From the NCBI GenBank assembly GCA_963727505.1, contig CAVSGP010000004.1, positions 64,001 to 128,000 on the forward strand: a DNA stretch of 64,000 nt. The letters are read 5' to 3'. The DNA comes from an uncultured Trueperaceae bacterium. GTDB lineage: Bacteria > Deinococcota > Deinococci > Deinococcales > Trueperaceae. Below the pieces are notes generated by a model. That model saw only the letters and a list, made by a program, of their open reading frames with translations. It did not search any database and was not told the origin of the DNA. Each line of letters begins with the position of its first letter. The stretch's first letter is position 1. This document shows, in pieces, positions 40,154 to 51,235 of the stretch. The translations under genes were made by a program, and so were the position numbers.

Positions 40154-41851
40154 TTGACGACCACCGACACCTTCCTGAAGGCCCGCGACTTCCTGCTCCG
40201 CGAGCGGGAGGACTACGACGCCGCCTACAACGGCTTCGCCTGGCCCGAGCTCGATCGCTTCAACTGGGCTCTGGACTGGTTCGACGTCCTCGCCAGGGAC
40301 AACGACCGGACCGGCCTGCACGTCGTGAACGACGACGGCGGCGACGTCCGCCTGTCCTTCGCCGAGCTGGCCGAGCGCTCCTCGAAGCTGGCGGGCTTCC
40401 TGCAGGCGCAGGGCGCCCATCGCGGCGACCGCATGCTGGTGATGCTCCCCAACGTGGCCCCGCTCTGGGTGGTGATGCTGGCCTCCATCAAGCTGGGCAC
40501 CGTTCTGATCCCCGCGACCACCTTGTTGACGGCGGACGACCTGCGCGACCGCATCGGTCGGGGGCGCGTTCGCCACGTCATCACCGACGAGGCCGGCGCC
40601 GAGAAGGTCGCCGCCGTGGACGGCGACTTCACCCGCATGGTGGTGGGCGGCTCCCGACCCGGTTGGCTGAGCTACGACGACGCCCTGTCGTGGAGCGGGG
40701 CGTTCGCGCCCGAGGGGGAGACGCGAGCCGGCGACCCGATGTTGCTGTATTTCACCTCCGGCACCACCTCGAAGCCGAAGCTCGTGCTCCACACCCACCA
40801 GAGCTACCCTGTCGGGCACCTCTCCACCATGTACTGGATCGGGCACCTGGAGGGGGACGTGCACTGGAACATCAGCTCGCCGGGCTGGGCCAAGCATGCC
40901 TGGAGCAACTTTTTCTCCCCCTGGAATGCCGGGGCCACGGTGTTCGTGTACAACTACGAGCGCTTCGACGCCCGGCGCGCGCTCGAGGCCATGGTCCGGC
41001 ACGAGGTGAGCTCGCTGTGTGCGCCTCCCACCGTGTGGCGGCTGCTGTTCCGCGAGGATCTCGCTTCCTACCCGGTGAAGCTCCGCGAGCTGGTGGGCGC
41101 AGGCGAGCCGATGAACCCGGAGATCATCGCATCGGTGCAGAAAGCCTGGGGCATCACCCTGCGCGACGGCTATGGCCAGACGGAGACGACGGCGCAGGTC
41201 GGCAACACGCCGGGGCAGCCGGTCAAACCCGGATCGATGGGTCGACCGCTGCCGGGCTACCGGGTCACGCTGCTCGGTCCCGACGGGCAGATCGGGGTTC
41301 CCGAAGGGGAGATCTCCCTGAACCTCGACCCCGCTCCGCTGGCGCTGATGGACGGCTACATGGACGACCGGGAACGGACGGCGGCCGTGACGCAGGGCGG
41401 ATTCTACCGGACCGGCGACGTCGCCTCGGTAGACGACGACGGCTACTACTGGTACGTCGGCCGCGCCGACGACGTCTTCAAGAGCTCGGACTACCGCATC
41501 AGTCCGTTCGAGCTGGAGAGCGTCCTCATCGAGCACCCGTCGGTGCAGGAGGCGGCCGTGGTGCCGAGTCCCGACCCCATGCGCCTGTCGGTCCCGAAGG
41601 CCTTCGTGACGCTGGCCGGCGAACGGGCGCCGGACCGCGAGACGGCGCTCGACATCTTCCGGTTCATCCGGCGCCGCATGGCGCCCTACCTACGCGTGCG
41701 GCGCCTGCAGTTCGGATCGCTCCCCAAGACCATCTCCGGGAAGATCCGCCGCGTCGACCTACGCCGTGACGAGCACGCGCACAGCGGTCAGCCGCGAGCG
41801 GAGGCGGAGTTCTGGGAGGAGGACTTCCCGGAGTTGAAGAGCGAAGCGTAG
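40154..41851 (+). CDS. short/branched-chain acyl-CoA synthetase (AMP-forming)
   Basis: YFTSGTTSKPK, YGQTET, YRTGD and PKTISGKIRR motifs; TTG start after AAGGAG. Confidence 0.92.
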   Translation: MTTTDTFLKARDFLLREREDYDAAYNGFAWPELDRFNWALDWFDVLARDNDRTGLHVVNDDGGDVRLSFAELAERSSKLAGFLQAQGAHRGDRMLVMLPNVAPLWVVMLASIKLGTVLIPATTLLTADDLRDRIGRGRVRHVITDEAGAEKVAAVDGDFTRMVVGGSRPGWLSYDDALSWSGAFAPEGETRAGDPMLLYFTSGTTSKPKLVLHTHQSYPVGHLSTMYWIGHLEGDVHWNISSPGWAKHAWSNFFSPWNAGATVFVYNYERFDARRALEAMVRHEVSSLCAPPTVWRLLFREDLASYPVKLRELVGAGEPMNPEIIASVQKAWGITLRDGYGQTETTAQVGNTPGQPVKPGSMGRPLPGYRVTLLGPDGQIGVPEGEISLNLDPAPLALMDGYMDDRERTAAVTQGGFYRTGDVASVDDDGYYWYVGRADDVFKSSDYRISPFELESVLIEHPSVQEAAVVPSPDPMRLSVPKAFVTLAGERAPDRETALDIFRFIRRRMAPYLRVRRLQFGSLPKTISGKIRRVDLRRDEHAHSGQPRAEAEFWEEDFPELKSEA

Positions 41852-41856
41852 GGACG

Positions 41857-41891
41857 GATCGGCGGCCGCGTGTGAAGCGCGGCCGCCGATC
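41857..41891. terminator. probable bidirectional terminator
   Basis: 14-bp perfect stem GATCGGCGGCCGCG/CGCGGCCGCCGATC between convergent genes. Confidence 0.7.
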
Positions 41892-41924
41892 TCGCGGTGT
41901 CGCGACGCGAGAGCCCGTTCTGGC

Positions 41925-43556
41925 CTAGGCTGTCGTGCCCAGCAGCGATAACGCCTCGCTGCGGTCACGGGCCCGGCGTTCCTCGTCCCAACCGAACTCG
42001 CCCGCGAGCAGCTCGGACACGAGCTCCAACGCCGTCCTGGCCGCCGGCTCGTCGAGTACGCCGAGCCGGAGCCGGCGCCACAGCACGTCGCTCGTGCTGC
42101 GAGCGTACTCGTGCCGGGCCACATAGACGACCTCGGCCTCGAGGTAGGGATGGCCCTCGACCAACCGACCGGCATGGCCGTCGTTGGCCAGCGCCGCCAC
42201 CTCCGAGGCGAACCCTCCGTAGGCGCGGTTGAGGTAGCTCGCGACGTCGACGTCGAGCGAGTAGCGCTCCTGCAGGGCACCCGCGCCCTGCGCACTGAAA
42301 CCCTCGGCGCCGACCAGCAGGAGCGTGTCGGTGTCGCTCGGGCCGCTCGGCGAAAGCCCGCCGACACGAACCGCCTCGTTGACGGCGTCGACCGCCATGC
42401 GCCGGTAGGTGGTCCACTTGCCGCCAGCGATGGTGACCAGGCCTGCCGGGCCCACGTTGACGATGTGGTCGCGGGACAGTCCCGCGGTGTCGGCGGCCTC
42501 GGGATCCGAGACGAGAGGCCTCAGGCCCGACCAGGCGGCCTTCACGTCCGCGCGCGTGACCGGCACGTCGAAGTAGCGCTCCACGTGACGGAGCACGTAC
42601 GCGATCTCCTCTTCGTGGGCCCGCGGCTCCTCCTCGATGGCAGCCTCGTTGTCGGTGGTGCCGACCAGCGTGTGGCCGAGCCAGGGAAGGAGGAAGAGCA
42701 CGCGCCCGTCCTCGGTCTGGGGGATGAGCAGGCCGGTGGCGGGAGGGGAGAAGCGCTGGTCCAGCACGATGTGGATGCCGGAGCTGGCCGTCACCATGGG
42801 TCGGGCATCGGCGCTCTCCATGCGCCGCACGGCGTCGGTGAACGGACCGGTGGCGTTGACGACCGCCCGCGCCGGCACCTCGAAGCGCTCCCCCGTGAGC
42901 CGATCGACCACCGTCGCTCCGCTCACGCGTCCCTCTCGTTGCAGCAGATCCTCGACGGCGACGTAGTTCGCGATGACGGCGCCTTCGCGCGCTGCGGTGA
43001 GTCCGATGGCGACGTTCATGCGGGCGTCGTCGAACTGGCCGTCGTAGTACAGCACGCCCCCGCGGAGGCCCTGGTGCTTGAGCATGGGGAAGCGCTGCAG
43101 CGCTTCCTTGGCGTCCACGAAGCGGCTGGGCTGGAGGTTGGAGCGGCCCGCCAGCCAGTCATAGAGCTTCAGGCCGGTGAGGTAATAGGGGACCTCCAGC
43201 CAGTTGTACAGCGGGGTGACGATGGGCAACGGGTCGCTGAGGTGCGGAGCGATGCGCAGCAGCACCGCGCGCTCGTGCAGGGCGTCTCGGACGAGGTTGA
43301 ACTGGGAGCGGTCGAAGTGCTTGACGGCCTTCTCCAGGTAGCGCACGCCGCCGTGGATGAGCTTGGTGCTGCGACTGCTGGTCCCGCAAGAGAAGTCCCC
43401 TCGCTCGACGAGCGCCACACGCAGACCACGCGTCGCGGCGTCGAGGGCCACTCCCGTCCCGGTCGCGCCCCCGCCGATGACGAGCAGGTCGAAGGCGCCC
43501 TCATCGGCCCGCAAGCGGGCCAACTGTTCCTCGCGATCGGGCCAATCCGGCCTCAT
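41925..43556 (-). CDS. glpD: FAD-dependent glycerol-3-phosphate dehydrogenase
   Basis: [29 protein letters not shown] and GGKWTTYR motifs; coupled to glpK. Confidence 0.94.
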   Translation of the reverse strand: MRPDWPDREEQLARLRADEGAFDLLVIGGGATGTGVALDAATRGLRVALVERGDFSCGTSSRSTKLIHGGVRYLEKAVKHFDRSQFNLVRDALHERAVLLRIAPHLSDPLPIVTPLYNWLEVPYYLTGLKLYDWLAGRSNLQPSRFVDAKEALQRFPMLKHQGLRGGVLYYDGQFDDARMNVAIGLTAAREGAVIANYVAVEDLLQREGRVSGATVVDRLTGERFEVPARAVVNATGPFTDAVRRMESADARPMVTASSGIHIVLDQRFSPPATGLLIPQTEDGRVLFLLPWLGHTLVGTTDNEAAIEEEPRAHEEEIAYVLRHVERYFDVPVTRADVKAAWSGLRPLVSDPEAADTAGLSRDHIVNVGPAGLVTIAGGKWTTYRRMAVDAVNEAVRVGGLSPSGPSDTDTLLLVGAEGFSAQGAGALQERYSLDVDVASYLNRAYGGFASEVAALANDGHAGRLVEGHPYLEAEVVYVARHEYARSTSDVLWRRLRLGVLDEPAARTALELVSELLAGEFGWDEERRARDRSEALSLLGTTA

Positions 43557-45043
43557 GCTTCCACCCACTTTCCGGCGCGCTCGAGCGCGCGCTTCCAGTC
43601 GTGCAACAGCGCTTCGCGGCGGGCGCTCGTCATGGCGGGCTCGAAGCGCCTGTCCACCGTCCAATGACGGGTCAGCTCCGCCTGGCCCGACCAGAAGCCG
43701 ACCGCCAGCCCCGCCAGGTAGGCCGCGCCCAGCGCCGTCGTTTCCGTGATGGTCGGGCGTACCACCGGAACGGCGAGGATGTCGGCCTGCAGCTGCATCA
43801 ACAGATCGTTGCGGGCCGCTCCCCCGTCGACGCGGAGCTCGCGGATCGGCGCTCCGCTGTCGGACTGCATGGCCTCGACGACGTCGGCCACCTGGAACGC
43901 GATCGCCTCCAGGGCGGCCCGCGCGAGGTGGCCGGCGCTGCTACCGCGTGTGAGCCCGACCACGGTGCCCCGCGCGTAGGCGTCCCAGTGCGGCGCCCCC
44001 AGGCCCGCGAAGGCGGGTACCAGGTAGACACCCCCGTTGTCGGGAACGCTGCCCGCGAGCGCCTCGATCTCCGAAGTCGAGCGGATCAGCCCCAGCCCGT
44101 CGCGCAGCCACTGCACCACCGCTCCCGCCATGAAGATGCTTCCCTCCAGGGCGTAGTCGAGCGAGCCGCCCACGTCCCAGGCAACGGTCGTGAGCAGGCG
44201 GTTGGCCGAACGCGTCGGCTCGGAACCGGTGTTGAGCACGAGGAAGCAACCGGTTCCGTAGGTGTTCTTGACCTGCCCCTTCTCGAAGCAGGTCTGGCCG
44301 AACGTCGCCGCCTGCTGGTCGCCGGCCATGCCGGCCAGCGGAACGCCAGCCAGGCCGCCTTCGCGGATGGTGCCGTAGATCTCGGAACAGGAACGCACCT
44401 CCGGCATCATGCCGCGCGGGATGTGCAGGCGCTCCAGCAGGACATCGTCCCAGTCCCGCTCATGGATGTTGAAGAGCATGGTTCGACTCGCATTGGAGAT
44501 GTCGGTGATATGGAGCTCGCCGCCGCTCAGGCGCGCAGCCAGCCAGCTGTCGACCGTGCCGAAGGCGACTTCACCTCGCTCGGCGCGCTCGCGAAGGCCG
44601 TCCACGTTCTCCAGCAGCCAGGCGAGTTTGCTCCCGGAGAAGTAGGCGTCGAGCACCAGGCCGGTTCGCGACTGTACCTCGCCCTCGAAGCCGTCGGCGC
44701 GAAGGTCGTCGATGAAACCGGCGGTCCTTCGGTCTTGCCACACGATGGCGTTGTGCAAGGGCTGCAGCGTCTTCCTGTCCCACACGATGGTGGTCTCGCG
44801 CTGGTTGGTGATCCCGGCAGCAGCGACGTCCTCGCCGCGGATGCCGGCGCGCGCCAGCACCTCGCCGACCACGGCAGCCTGCGACGACCAGATCTCGGTG
44901 GGGTCGTGCTCCACCCAGCCCGGACGAGGGTAGATCTGCTCGAACTCCCGCTGCGCAAGCGCGCGGATGGTCCCGGCGCGGTCGAACAGGATCGCGCGCG
45001 AGCTGGTGGTTCCCTGATCCAGCGCAACAACGAATTCGGGCAC
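43553..45043 (-). CDS. glpK: glycerol kinase
   Basis: [22 protein letters not shown] and KNTYGTG motifs. Confidence 0.96.
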   Translation of the reverse strand: MPEFVVALDQGTTSSRAILFDRAGTIRALAQREFEQIYPRPGWVEHDPTEIWSSQAAVVGEVLARAGIRGEDVAAAGITNQRETTIVWDRKTLQPLHNAIVWQDRRTAGFIDDLRADGFEGEVQSRTGLVLDAYFSGSKLAWLLENVDGLRERAERGEVAFGTVDSWLAARLSGGELHITDISNASRTMLFNIHERDWDDVLLERLHIPRGMMPEVRSCSEIYGTIREGGLAGVPLAGMAGDQQAATFGQTCFEKGQVKNTYGTGCFLVLNTGSEPTRSANRLLTTVAWDVGGSLDYALEGSIFMAGAVVQWLRDGLGLIRSTSEIEALAGSVPDNGGVYLVPAFAGLGAPHWDAYARGTVVGLTRGSSAGHLARAALEAIAFQVADVVEAMQSDSGAPIRELRVDGGAARNDLLMQLQADILAVPVVRPTITETTALGAAYLAGLAVGFWSGQAELTRHWTVDRRFEPAMTSARREALLHDWKRALERAGKWVEA

Positions 45044-45120
45044 CGTTCACCTCCAGGGCGGTACGCCGCCTGCGGCCGCGCGCGCCGCCCCGTGCGCGCG
45101 GCGGGCTTCGTCGATCACCT

Positions 45121-45576
45121 TCAGGCGCCCAGCAGGTCCCGCAACCGCAAACGCGCGTAGTCGCGGTCACCGTCCAGGGCCCGCTCGAGAGCTTCCTGCC
45201 GCCGCGGTAGAAGGCGGCCGCGACCGTGGACCCGGGACTCGTGGCGCCCCACGCCGAAGCGTTCCAGGAACGTTTCGGTGATCGCCTGCGTCGGCAACGC
45301 GCGCGTCGAGAACGCCTCGAGCGAGAGCTTGTGCAGCGACGGGAAGGCGTGCAGGCATACGTGCGCCTCCGCCCCGACGAGCGCCGCGCTGATCCCACCG
45401 CCGCCGTCACTTGCGTAACGGACCCGTACGGGTCCGGCGCCGGCTTCACCCATCAGGTCGAGGATGGCTTCGAGAGCCGCCACGATCCGCGCCTCCTCGG
45501 CGAGCAGCGCGCCGTCGGCGCGGAAACCGTCGAGGATCAGGTGGGTGCCGTATCCGAGGGTGTCGTATGCGTTCAC
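45121..45576 (-). CDS. S-adenosylmethionine decarboxylase-fold protein, catalytic Ser absent
   Basis: GTHLILDG...GISAALVGAEAHVCLHAFP aligns by eye with SpeD G.HL..D...G.S....AESH...HT.P. Confidence 0.75.
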   Translation of the reverse strand: MNAYDTLGYGTHLILDGFRADGALLAEEARIVAALEAILDLMGEAGAGPVRVRYASDGGGGISAALVGAEAHVCLHAFPSLHKLSLEAFSTRALPTQAITETFLERFGVGRHESRVHGRGRLLPRRQEALERALDGDRDYARLRLRDLLGA

Positions 45577-45639
45577 CGCGCCCAGCCTACCACGCGGCGC
45601 TCTCCGGGCAGGAGGCAAAAGGCCCGGCTCAGACGGGAT

Positions 45640-46947
45640 TCACGGGGTTCCCGAGGGCGTGGCGGCGGTGATCGATGCGACCGCTCCCCGCAGCGCGGCC
45701 GCGACGTCGCTGTCCGGCGAAGCGAGGATGGCGGTGAGCGCCCGGTCCATCGGTCCCCACACCGTGCCCATGGCGGGGGCGTTGGGGATCGCCTGGGCGT
45801 CGGCCAGCGCTGCACCGAATCCGGCGAGCACGGCGTTGTCCTGCACCTTCGCGAGCGCGGCGTTCGATGCCGGCACGAGGCCCGCGCGCCTCGCGAGCGC
45901 GGCCTGAGCGTCCGCGGTGGTGAGCCACTTGGCGAGGTTCGCTGCCGCCACCGGGTCGGAGCTGTAGTGGTTCAGCAGCACCCCGTCGACGTTCATGAAG
46001 CCGCTGAAGGGCGTTCCGTCGGCCAGCGGGGGCATCGGCGCGACGGCGATCGGGATTCCCGCGGCGCGCATCGCCGGAACCGCCCACGGTCCGTCGAAGG
46101 TCATGGCGAGCTTGCCGTCCAGGAACAGCTTGCGCATCGACGCGTAGTCGCTCCCCGCAGGCACCAGCCCGTCGTCGAAGCGCAGCGCCTTCAGGGCGCG
46201 AGCGCCCGCGATCGCCGCGGTGCCGGCGAGCTCGATCTGGCCGGGGTCGACCGCGCCGCCGGGCGTGCCGCCGAACACGGAGCCGCCGAAGGTGTGGAGC
46301 CAGGCGTAGCTGTAGTAGAAGTTTGCGATGTCGAAGGCGAACCCGTACCGCCCGTTGCCGGTGAGCGACTTGGCGAGCGCCAGCAGCTCGGGGTAGCTCG
46401 AGGGCGTGTGCGGAACCAGGTCGGTGTTGACGATGAGGGCGGGTCCCTGCACCGACAGTGGCAGCCCGTAGAGCGTGCCGTGGTAGCGGAAGGCGCGCTG
46501 CGCCTGGTCGCTCAGGTCCGCAAGGTAACGGGGCGTGGCGAAGCTCCCGACGTCGGCCAGGATGCCGGCATCGGCCAGCGCCGAGAACTGGTCCTGCGGG
46601 ACACCCACGAAGACGTCGGCAGCACCGCCCTTGGCCGCTTCGGTCATGGCGTTCTGCTTGATCTCACCGAGCTTGCGCGCCACGACCTTCACCGGCTTGC
46701 CGAAAGCCTGCTGGTAGGTGGTCGCCTCGCTCTGGAGCCAGGCGAACGCCGGGCCCTGGTACGTGGTCCACACCGTCACTCCCTGCGCCGCGGCGGCGCC
46801 GGACAGGATGCCGAGCAGCGCCAGCACCACCAGCGTTCGGCCGGGCAGGGCCAGGCGCTCGAACCGCCCATGTCGAGGACGGGTCATGGAACGCGGCGTA
46901 CGAGGACGGGACGCCGGGAGAGGGAAGGGGGGCGGGAACGTGCTCAC
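45640..46947 (-). CDS. sugar (maltose/maltodextrin-type) ABC transporter substrate-binding protein
   Basis: Signal peptide; LYGLP, LIVNTDL, F..GKLAM..DGPW and IPNAPAM..VW motifs; no permease genes adjacent. Confidence 0.85.
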   Translation of the reverse strand: MSTFPPPFPLPASRPRTPRSMTRPRHGRFERLALPGRTLVVLALLGILSGAAAAQGVTVWTTYQGPAFAWLQSEATTYQQAFGKPVKVVARKLGEIKQNAMTEAAKGGAADVFVGVPQDQFSALADAGILADVGSFATPRYLADLSDQAQRAFRYHGTLYGLPLSVQGPALIVNTDLVPHTPSSYPELLALAKSLTGNGRYGFAFDIANFYYSYAWLHTFGGSVFGGTPGGAVDPGQIELAGTAAIAGARALKALRFDDGLVPAGSDYASMRKLFLDGKLAMTFDGPWAVPAMRAAGIPIAVAPMPPLADGTPFSGFMNVDGVLLNHYSSDPVAAANLAKWLTTADAQAALARRAGLVPASNAALAKVQDNAVLAGFGAALADAQAIPNAPAMGTVWGPMDRALTAILASPDSDVAAALRGAVASITAATPSGTP

Positions 46948-47019
46948 GCGTCCAGCCTAGCCCGCGAGCCCGCGGCAGCGCGCCTCGCCACCGTGGTCGT
47001 TGCCCCGGACCCGTCGCCC

Positions 47020-48198
47020 TCAGAGCGCCGTCCGCTCGGTCGCGCGGGCCTGTCGCAGGGCCGTGCGCCGGTCCCGCTCGGGCCCCGCTAGCCGGTAGCG
47101 TCCTGCGAGCGTACGCACCACCGCGCCGCGCATCTCGAGCGTGGTGAGGCCGGCGAGCGCCTCGGCCACGGACGTCTCCGCAGCCGCCGAGACCTCGTCG
47201 ACCGTGGCCTCCTCGACGTCGTACAGGGCCACGAGCAACCGATCCTGCCGACGCCCGCGAGCCGGCGACGCGGCAGCGCGTTGCCCTTCGGGTGCGCCCG
47301 GTTCGGCGCGGAAGCGGAACAGCACGTCCTCGTGCTCGGTGAACAGCAGCGCGCCGTCCCGGATCAGGCACAGCGTCCCGGCGACGGTGGGATCTCCGGG
47401 GCGGCCGGGACAGGCGAAGACGTCGCGATGCTGCCTACGGGCGTGCTCGGCGGTACTGTTCGCGCCCGAACGCAGGCCCGCCTCCACCACCACGACGAGC
47501 CGTGACAGGCCACTGATGAGCCGATTGCGCTCCGGAAAGCGGTGCGGTTCGGGCCGGACCTCCGGTGGGTGCTCACTGAGGACAGCGCCGCCCGAACGCA
47601 CGATGCGGCGCGCCAGGGACCGGTGCGAGGGCGGGTGCAGGTAACCGTGCCCACCACCGAGCACCGCCACGGTCGGGCCCCCGCCATCCAGGGCCCCCTC
47701 GTGGGCGGCGCCATCGATCCCCAACGCGAGCCCGGAGACGACCGTGACGTCGAGCGCCGCCAGCGAGGCGGCCAGCTCACGTGCCAGCGCCAGGCCGCGC
47801 CCCGTCGGACGGCGCGTGCCGACGATCGCGGCGGCGCGCACCCGGCGCGCGGGCCGCGACAGCCCCGCGGGAAGCGTTCCCCGCACGTAGAGCACGGCCG
47901 GCGGCGCCTCGTTGTCGAGCCATAGTGGCGCGGGGTAGCGCGGATCGTCCCAGCACACGACGTCGATGCCCGCGGCCCGGAGGCTGCCGACGCGCTGCGC
48001 AGCGGAACGGAGGTCGAGGCGGCCGGGCACCTGGTGGAAGAGACCTCGCGGGAAGCGCGCCGGAGGATCGGCACCCTGGAGCGCCGCCTCGATGCCGGCG
48101 GCCACAGTGCCGAAGGCGTCGCGAAGCTGCAGCAGGCGGCCGGCGCCGAAGCCGTCGGCCGCGAGGGCAGCGAGCGTGAGCACGGCGGGATCGGCCAT
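47020..48198 (-). CDS. dprA: DNA-processing protein DprA
   Basis: AIVGTR, VSGLALGIDGAAH, FPERNRLISGLS motifs; C-terminal winged helix. Confidence 0.93.
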   Translation of the reverse strand: MADPAVLTLAALAADGFGAGRLLQLRDAFGTVAAGIEAALQGADPPARFPRGLFHQVPGRLDLRSAAQRVGSLRAAGIDVVCWDDPRYPAPLWLDNEAPPAVLYVRGTLPAGLSRPARRVRAAAIVGTRRPTGRGLALARELAASLAALDVTVVSGLALGIDGAAHEGALDGGGPTVAVLGGGHGYLHPPSHRSLARRIVRSGGAVLSEHPPEVRPEPHRFPERNRLISGLSRLVVVVEAGLRSGANSTAEHARRQHRDVFACPGRPGDPTVAGTLCLIRDGALLFTEHEDVLFRFRAEPGAPEGQRAAASPARGRRQDRLLVALYDVEEATVDEVSAAAETSVAEALAGLTTLEMRGAVVRTLAGRYRLAGPERDRRTALRQARATERTAL

Positions 48199-48302
48199 GC
48201 ACCATGCTGCTCCGTCGTCTACGGGCGGGCTGCTCGCGGGTCGACCGGCGCCGGGGCAGGGTAGGCACCGGCCGGCGCATGCCAGGCGGAGGGCAGGCCG
48301 CC

Positions 48303-49721
48303 TCAGGCCAGCTTCCAGCGGCTCCCCTCGGGGGTGTCCTCGACCTCGATGCCCAACGCCTCGAGGCTTGCTCGCATGCCGTCGGCGGTATCGAAATCGC
48401 GACGGGCGCGCGCACGTTGGCGCTCCTCGAGGAGCATACCGACCAGTCCATCCATCACGTCGCGCGCCTGCCCCGCCGCCGCAGGCTCGGCGGGGATGCC
48501 CAGTACACCGTCCAGCAGGTCGTCGAAGAAGCTGCGCGCAGCTGCGCGGTAGGCTTCCGTCGCGCCCTGCTCGATGCGGCGGTTGACCTCGCGGGCCCCG
48601 TCGAAGAGCACGGCCAGTGCCTGCGGCGTGTTGAGGTCGTCGTCCATCGCCTGGGCGAAGCGCGCACGTAGGCCGTCGAAGGCGCCCGCATCGCGCTCGC
48701 CGTTGGCGCTCTCGGCGACCTGACGGTAGGCGTCGCGCAGGCGCTTCAGGCCCTGAGCCGACGCCATCAGGCTCTCGTCCGAAAAGTCGGAGACGCTGCG
48801 GTAGTGCGAGCGCAACAGGTGGAACCGGATGGCCACGGGGTCGTAGCGCTCGAAGAGCTGCGAGAGGGTCACGAAGTGGTTCTTCGACTTGGCCATCTTC
48901 TCGCCCTCGAGCGTGATCATGTTCCAGTGCAGCCACACCCTGGCGAACGGCTTGCCGGCCGCACGAGCCTGCGCCAGCTCGCACTCGTGGTGCGGGAAGA
49001 TCAGATCGAGCCCGCCGCCGTGGATATCGAACTCGTCGCCGAGGTACTTCGTGCTCATCACCGAGCACTCGATGTGCCAGCCCGGGAAGCCCTCGCCCCA
49101 GGGGCTCGGCCAGCGCATGATGTGCCCTTCCTCCGCCTTCTTCCACAACGCGAAGTCGCGCGGATCGTCCTTGTCGGAGCGCACCTCGACGCGCGTGCCC
49201 TCCATCAACTCGTCCGGGTCGCGACCGGAGAGCTCGCCGTAGGGCTCGAACGCCGAGACGTCGAAGTAGACGTTGCCGTCCTTCCGATACGCGAAGCCCC
49301 GGTCGAGCAGGGTACGGGTGAGCTCGATCTGCTCGATGATGTGCCCGGAGGCCCGGGGGACCACGTCCGGACGCCGTACGTTCAGGCGAGCCATGGCGTC
49401 GAAATAGGCCCAGAAGTACTTCTCGGCGACCTCCATGGGCTCGAGCCGCTCGAGCTGCGCGCGCTTCTGGAGCTTGTCCTCGCCTTCCTCGACGTCGGAC
49501 AGGTGGCCGACATCGGTCACGTTGGACACGAAGCGCGCGCGGTAGCCGCTGTGCTCGAGCCAGCGCCGCAGCACGTCGAACACGATCGGCCCGCGGGCGT
49601 GTCCCAGGTGCGGTTCGGAGTAGACGGTGGGACCGCACATGTAGATGCCGACCCGACCGGGAACCACCGGCTCGAAGACTTCCTTGTTGCGGGTGAGGCT
49701 GTTGTAGAACTCAAGTGCCAT
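48303..49721 (-). CDS. cysS: cysteine--tRNA ligase
   Basis: CGPTVY, HLGH, DFALWK, GWHIECS and KMAKS motifs; GAGGAG RBS. Confidence 0.97.
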   Translation of the reverse strand: MALEFYNSLTRNKEVFEPVVPGRVGIYMCGPTVYSEPHLGHARGPIVFDVLRRWLEHSGYRARFVSNVTDVGHLSDVEEGEDKLQKRAQLERLEPMEVAEKYFWAYFDAMARLNVRRPDVVPRASGHIIEQIELTRTLLDRGFAYRKDGNVYFDVSAFEPYGELSGRDPDELMEGTRVEVRSDKDDPRDFALWKKAEEGHIMRWPSPWGEGFPGWHIECSVMSTKYLGDEFDIHGGGLDLIFPHHECELAQARAAGKPFARVWLHWNMITLEGEKMAKSKNHFVTLSQLFERYDPVAIRFHLLRSHYRSVSDFSDESLMASAQGLKRLRDAYRQVAESANGERDAGAFDGLRARFAQAMDDDLNTPQALAVLFDGAREVNRRIEQGATEAYRAAARSFFDDLLDGVLGIPAEPAAAGQARDVMDGLVGMLLEERQRARARRDFDTADGMRASLEALGIEVEDTPEGSRWKLA

Positions 49722-49790
49722 GGCACTCCTCGCACGAGAGCGGGCAGAAGCGCGCCCGCGAACACTCTGGACTGTTGAAGGGACCGAGGA

Positions 49791-49847
49791 TCAGGCGGTG
49801 CAACGCAGACATCGCGGCAAGTGGAGCTTCGTCACCGGCGTCAGCAT
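49791..49847 (-). CDS. putative leaderless Cys-containing leader peptide of cysS (MLTPVTKLHLPRCLRCTA)
   Basis: TG-extended TACACT -10 ends 7 nt before ATG; two Cys codons near the stop. Confidence 0.6.
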   Translation of the reverse strand: MLTPVTKLHLPRCLRCTA

Positions 49848-49900
49848 GGAGCCGAGTGTAGCACGGGTCCGCGCCGCTTCGAAGGGTAGACTGATCCGCC

Positions 49901-50524
49901 GTGGGTTACCGGACGTTGCGACGCGCAGGCGAGCACGAGGACGAGGTCATGGGATCACGCTTCCTGGCCACGGTTGCGCCCGTCGCCAACGCCGCGGAAG
50001 CCCTTGCGTTGCTGGCGGCGCAACGCGCCGCGCACCCCGACGCCAGCCACCACTGCTGGGCCTACCGGGTGGGCGACGAGCAGCGCTTCTCCGACGACGG
50101 CGAACCGGGCGGCACCGCCGGCCGCCCGATGCTCGAAGTGTTCCTCAAGCGCGACCTCGATCGCGTGGCGGCCGTCGTGGTGCGCTACTTCGGTGGACGC
50201 AAGCTGGGCGCCGGCGGCCTGGTCAGGGCGTACGGCGGCGCCGTTGCGCGGGCCGTCCGAACGGCCGGCGAACGCGACGTTGCGTCGACCGTCGCGCTGG
50301 TGGTCCACGCGCCGTTCGCGTACGTCGATGCCGTGTTGCGGGAACTCGACGCGCTTCCCGAGGTCCGACGTCGGGATCCTGCCTTCGAGCCCGACGGCGT
50401 GCGCGTGGCCCTGACGGTCCCTCAGGAGCGCGCGGCTGCGCTGGAACGAAGGCTGGCGGAACTCACCCGCGGCGGAGCGCGTTGCGATGTCGCGGACGGC
50501 GGGCCGGAACCGCGGGAGCCATGA
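49901..50524 (+). CDS. yigZ: IMPACT/YigZ family protein
   Basis: SRF, HHCWAY, DDGEPGGTAG and RYFGG.KLGAGGL motifs. Confidence 0.92.
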   Translation: MGYRTLRRAGEHEDEVMGSRFLATVAPVANAAEALALLAAQRAAHPDASHHCWAYRVGDEQRFSDDGEPGGTAGRPMLEVFLKRDLDRVAAVVVRYFGGRKLGAGGLVRAYGGAVARAVRTAGERDVASTVALVVHAPFAYVDAVLRELDALPEVRRRDPAFEPDGVRVALTVPQERAAALERRLAELTRGGARCDVADGGPEPREP

Positions 50525-50602
50525 CGGCCGAAGCGTGTTTCATGGGCGCCTGCTGAAGCGGCCGCTACCCAACTGGGGCGTCGCCGGTGGCAGCATGGGA
50601 GT

Positions 50603-51217
50603 GTGAGGCACTCCCGCATCCGCACCCTGACCCTGGCCCTCGCGGCCCTGGCGCTGACGCTCGTCGCCTGCGCTCCCGCCATCGCTCCCGGCACCCAGCC
50701 GCTGGTCGCCGTGCTCAACGGGCCCGCCAACGGCCGCATCACCGGCAGCGCCCAGCTCCTCGAGACCGAGATGGGCGTGCAGGGGCCGCTTCCGTTCGCT
50801 TTCGTCAGCGACGCCGCGATGCGCTTCGCGGAGGGTCACAACGACCTCTTCTACGACCGTGCCGTCCCCGCCGCCGCGCGCATCGCCCGCAGCTACGGAG
50901 CCCCCTATGCCGTTCTGATCGGCGCTCCCACCATGACGCGGGACGTGACGGTGTCGAAAGACGGGAGCGCCCGCCGGGTGCACGTCACGTTGCGGATGGA
51001 GGCACGGGTCGTCGACGCCTCGTCGGGCGCGGTTCTGGCCCAGTTCGAGTCCCCGCTGATGCAGCGTGCGCGACAGGAGAGCACAGCCGACGCGCTACCC
51101 GCACTGCAGCACGATCCAGACGTGCAGGCGCTTCGCGACCAGGGCGTGCGCGACGTGGCTCCGGCCGTGGTCGGCGCCGTGAGGCACGCATTGCAGGTGC
51201 GCGCAGGCGGGTCTTGA
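50603..51217 (+). CDS. hypothetical lipoprotein
   Basis: Basic N-terminus, hydrophobic core, lipobox LVAC. Confidence 0.7.
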   Translation: MRHSRIRTLTLALAALALTLVACAPAIAPGTQPLVAVLNGPANGRITGSAQLLETEMGVQGPLPFAFVSDAAMRFAEGHNDLFYDRAVPAAARIARSYGAPYAVLIGAPTMTRDVTVSKDGSARRVHVTLRMEARVVDASSGAVLAQFESPLMQRARQESTADALPALQHDPDVQALRDQGVRDVAPAVVGAVRHALQVRAGGS

Positions 51218-51235
51218 GGCGAAGAACGCTGCGAC

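Noticed and set aside
47020..49638. 872-aa ORF suggesting a CysS-DprA fusion
   Set aside because: The upstream part is an alternate frame over cysS; DprA homology starts at ATG 48198
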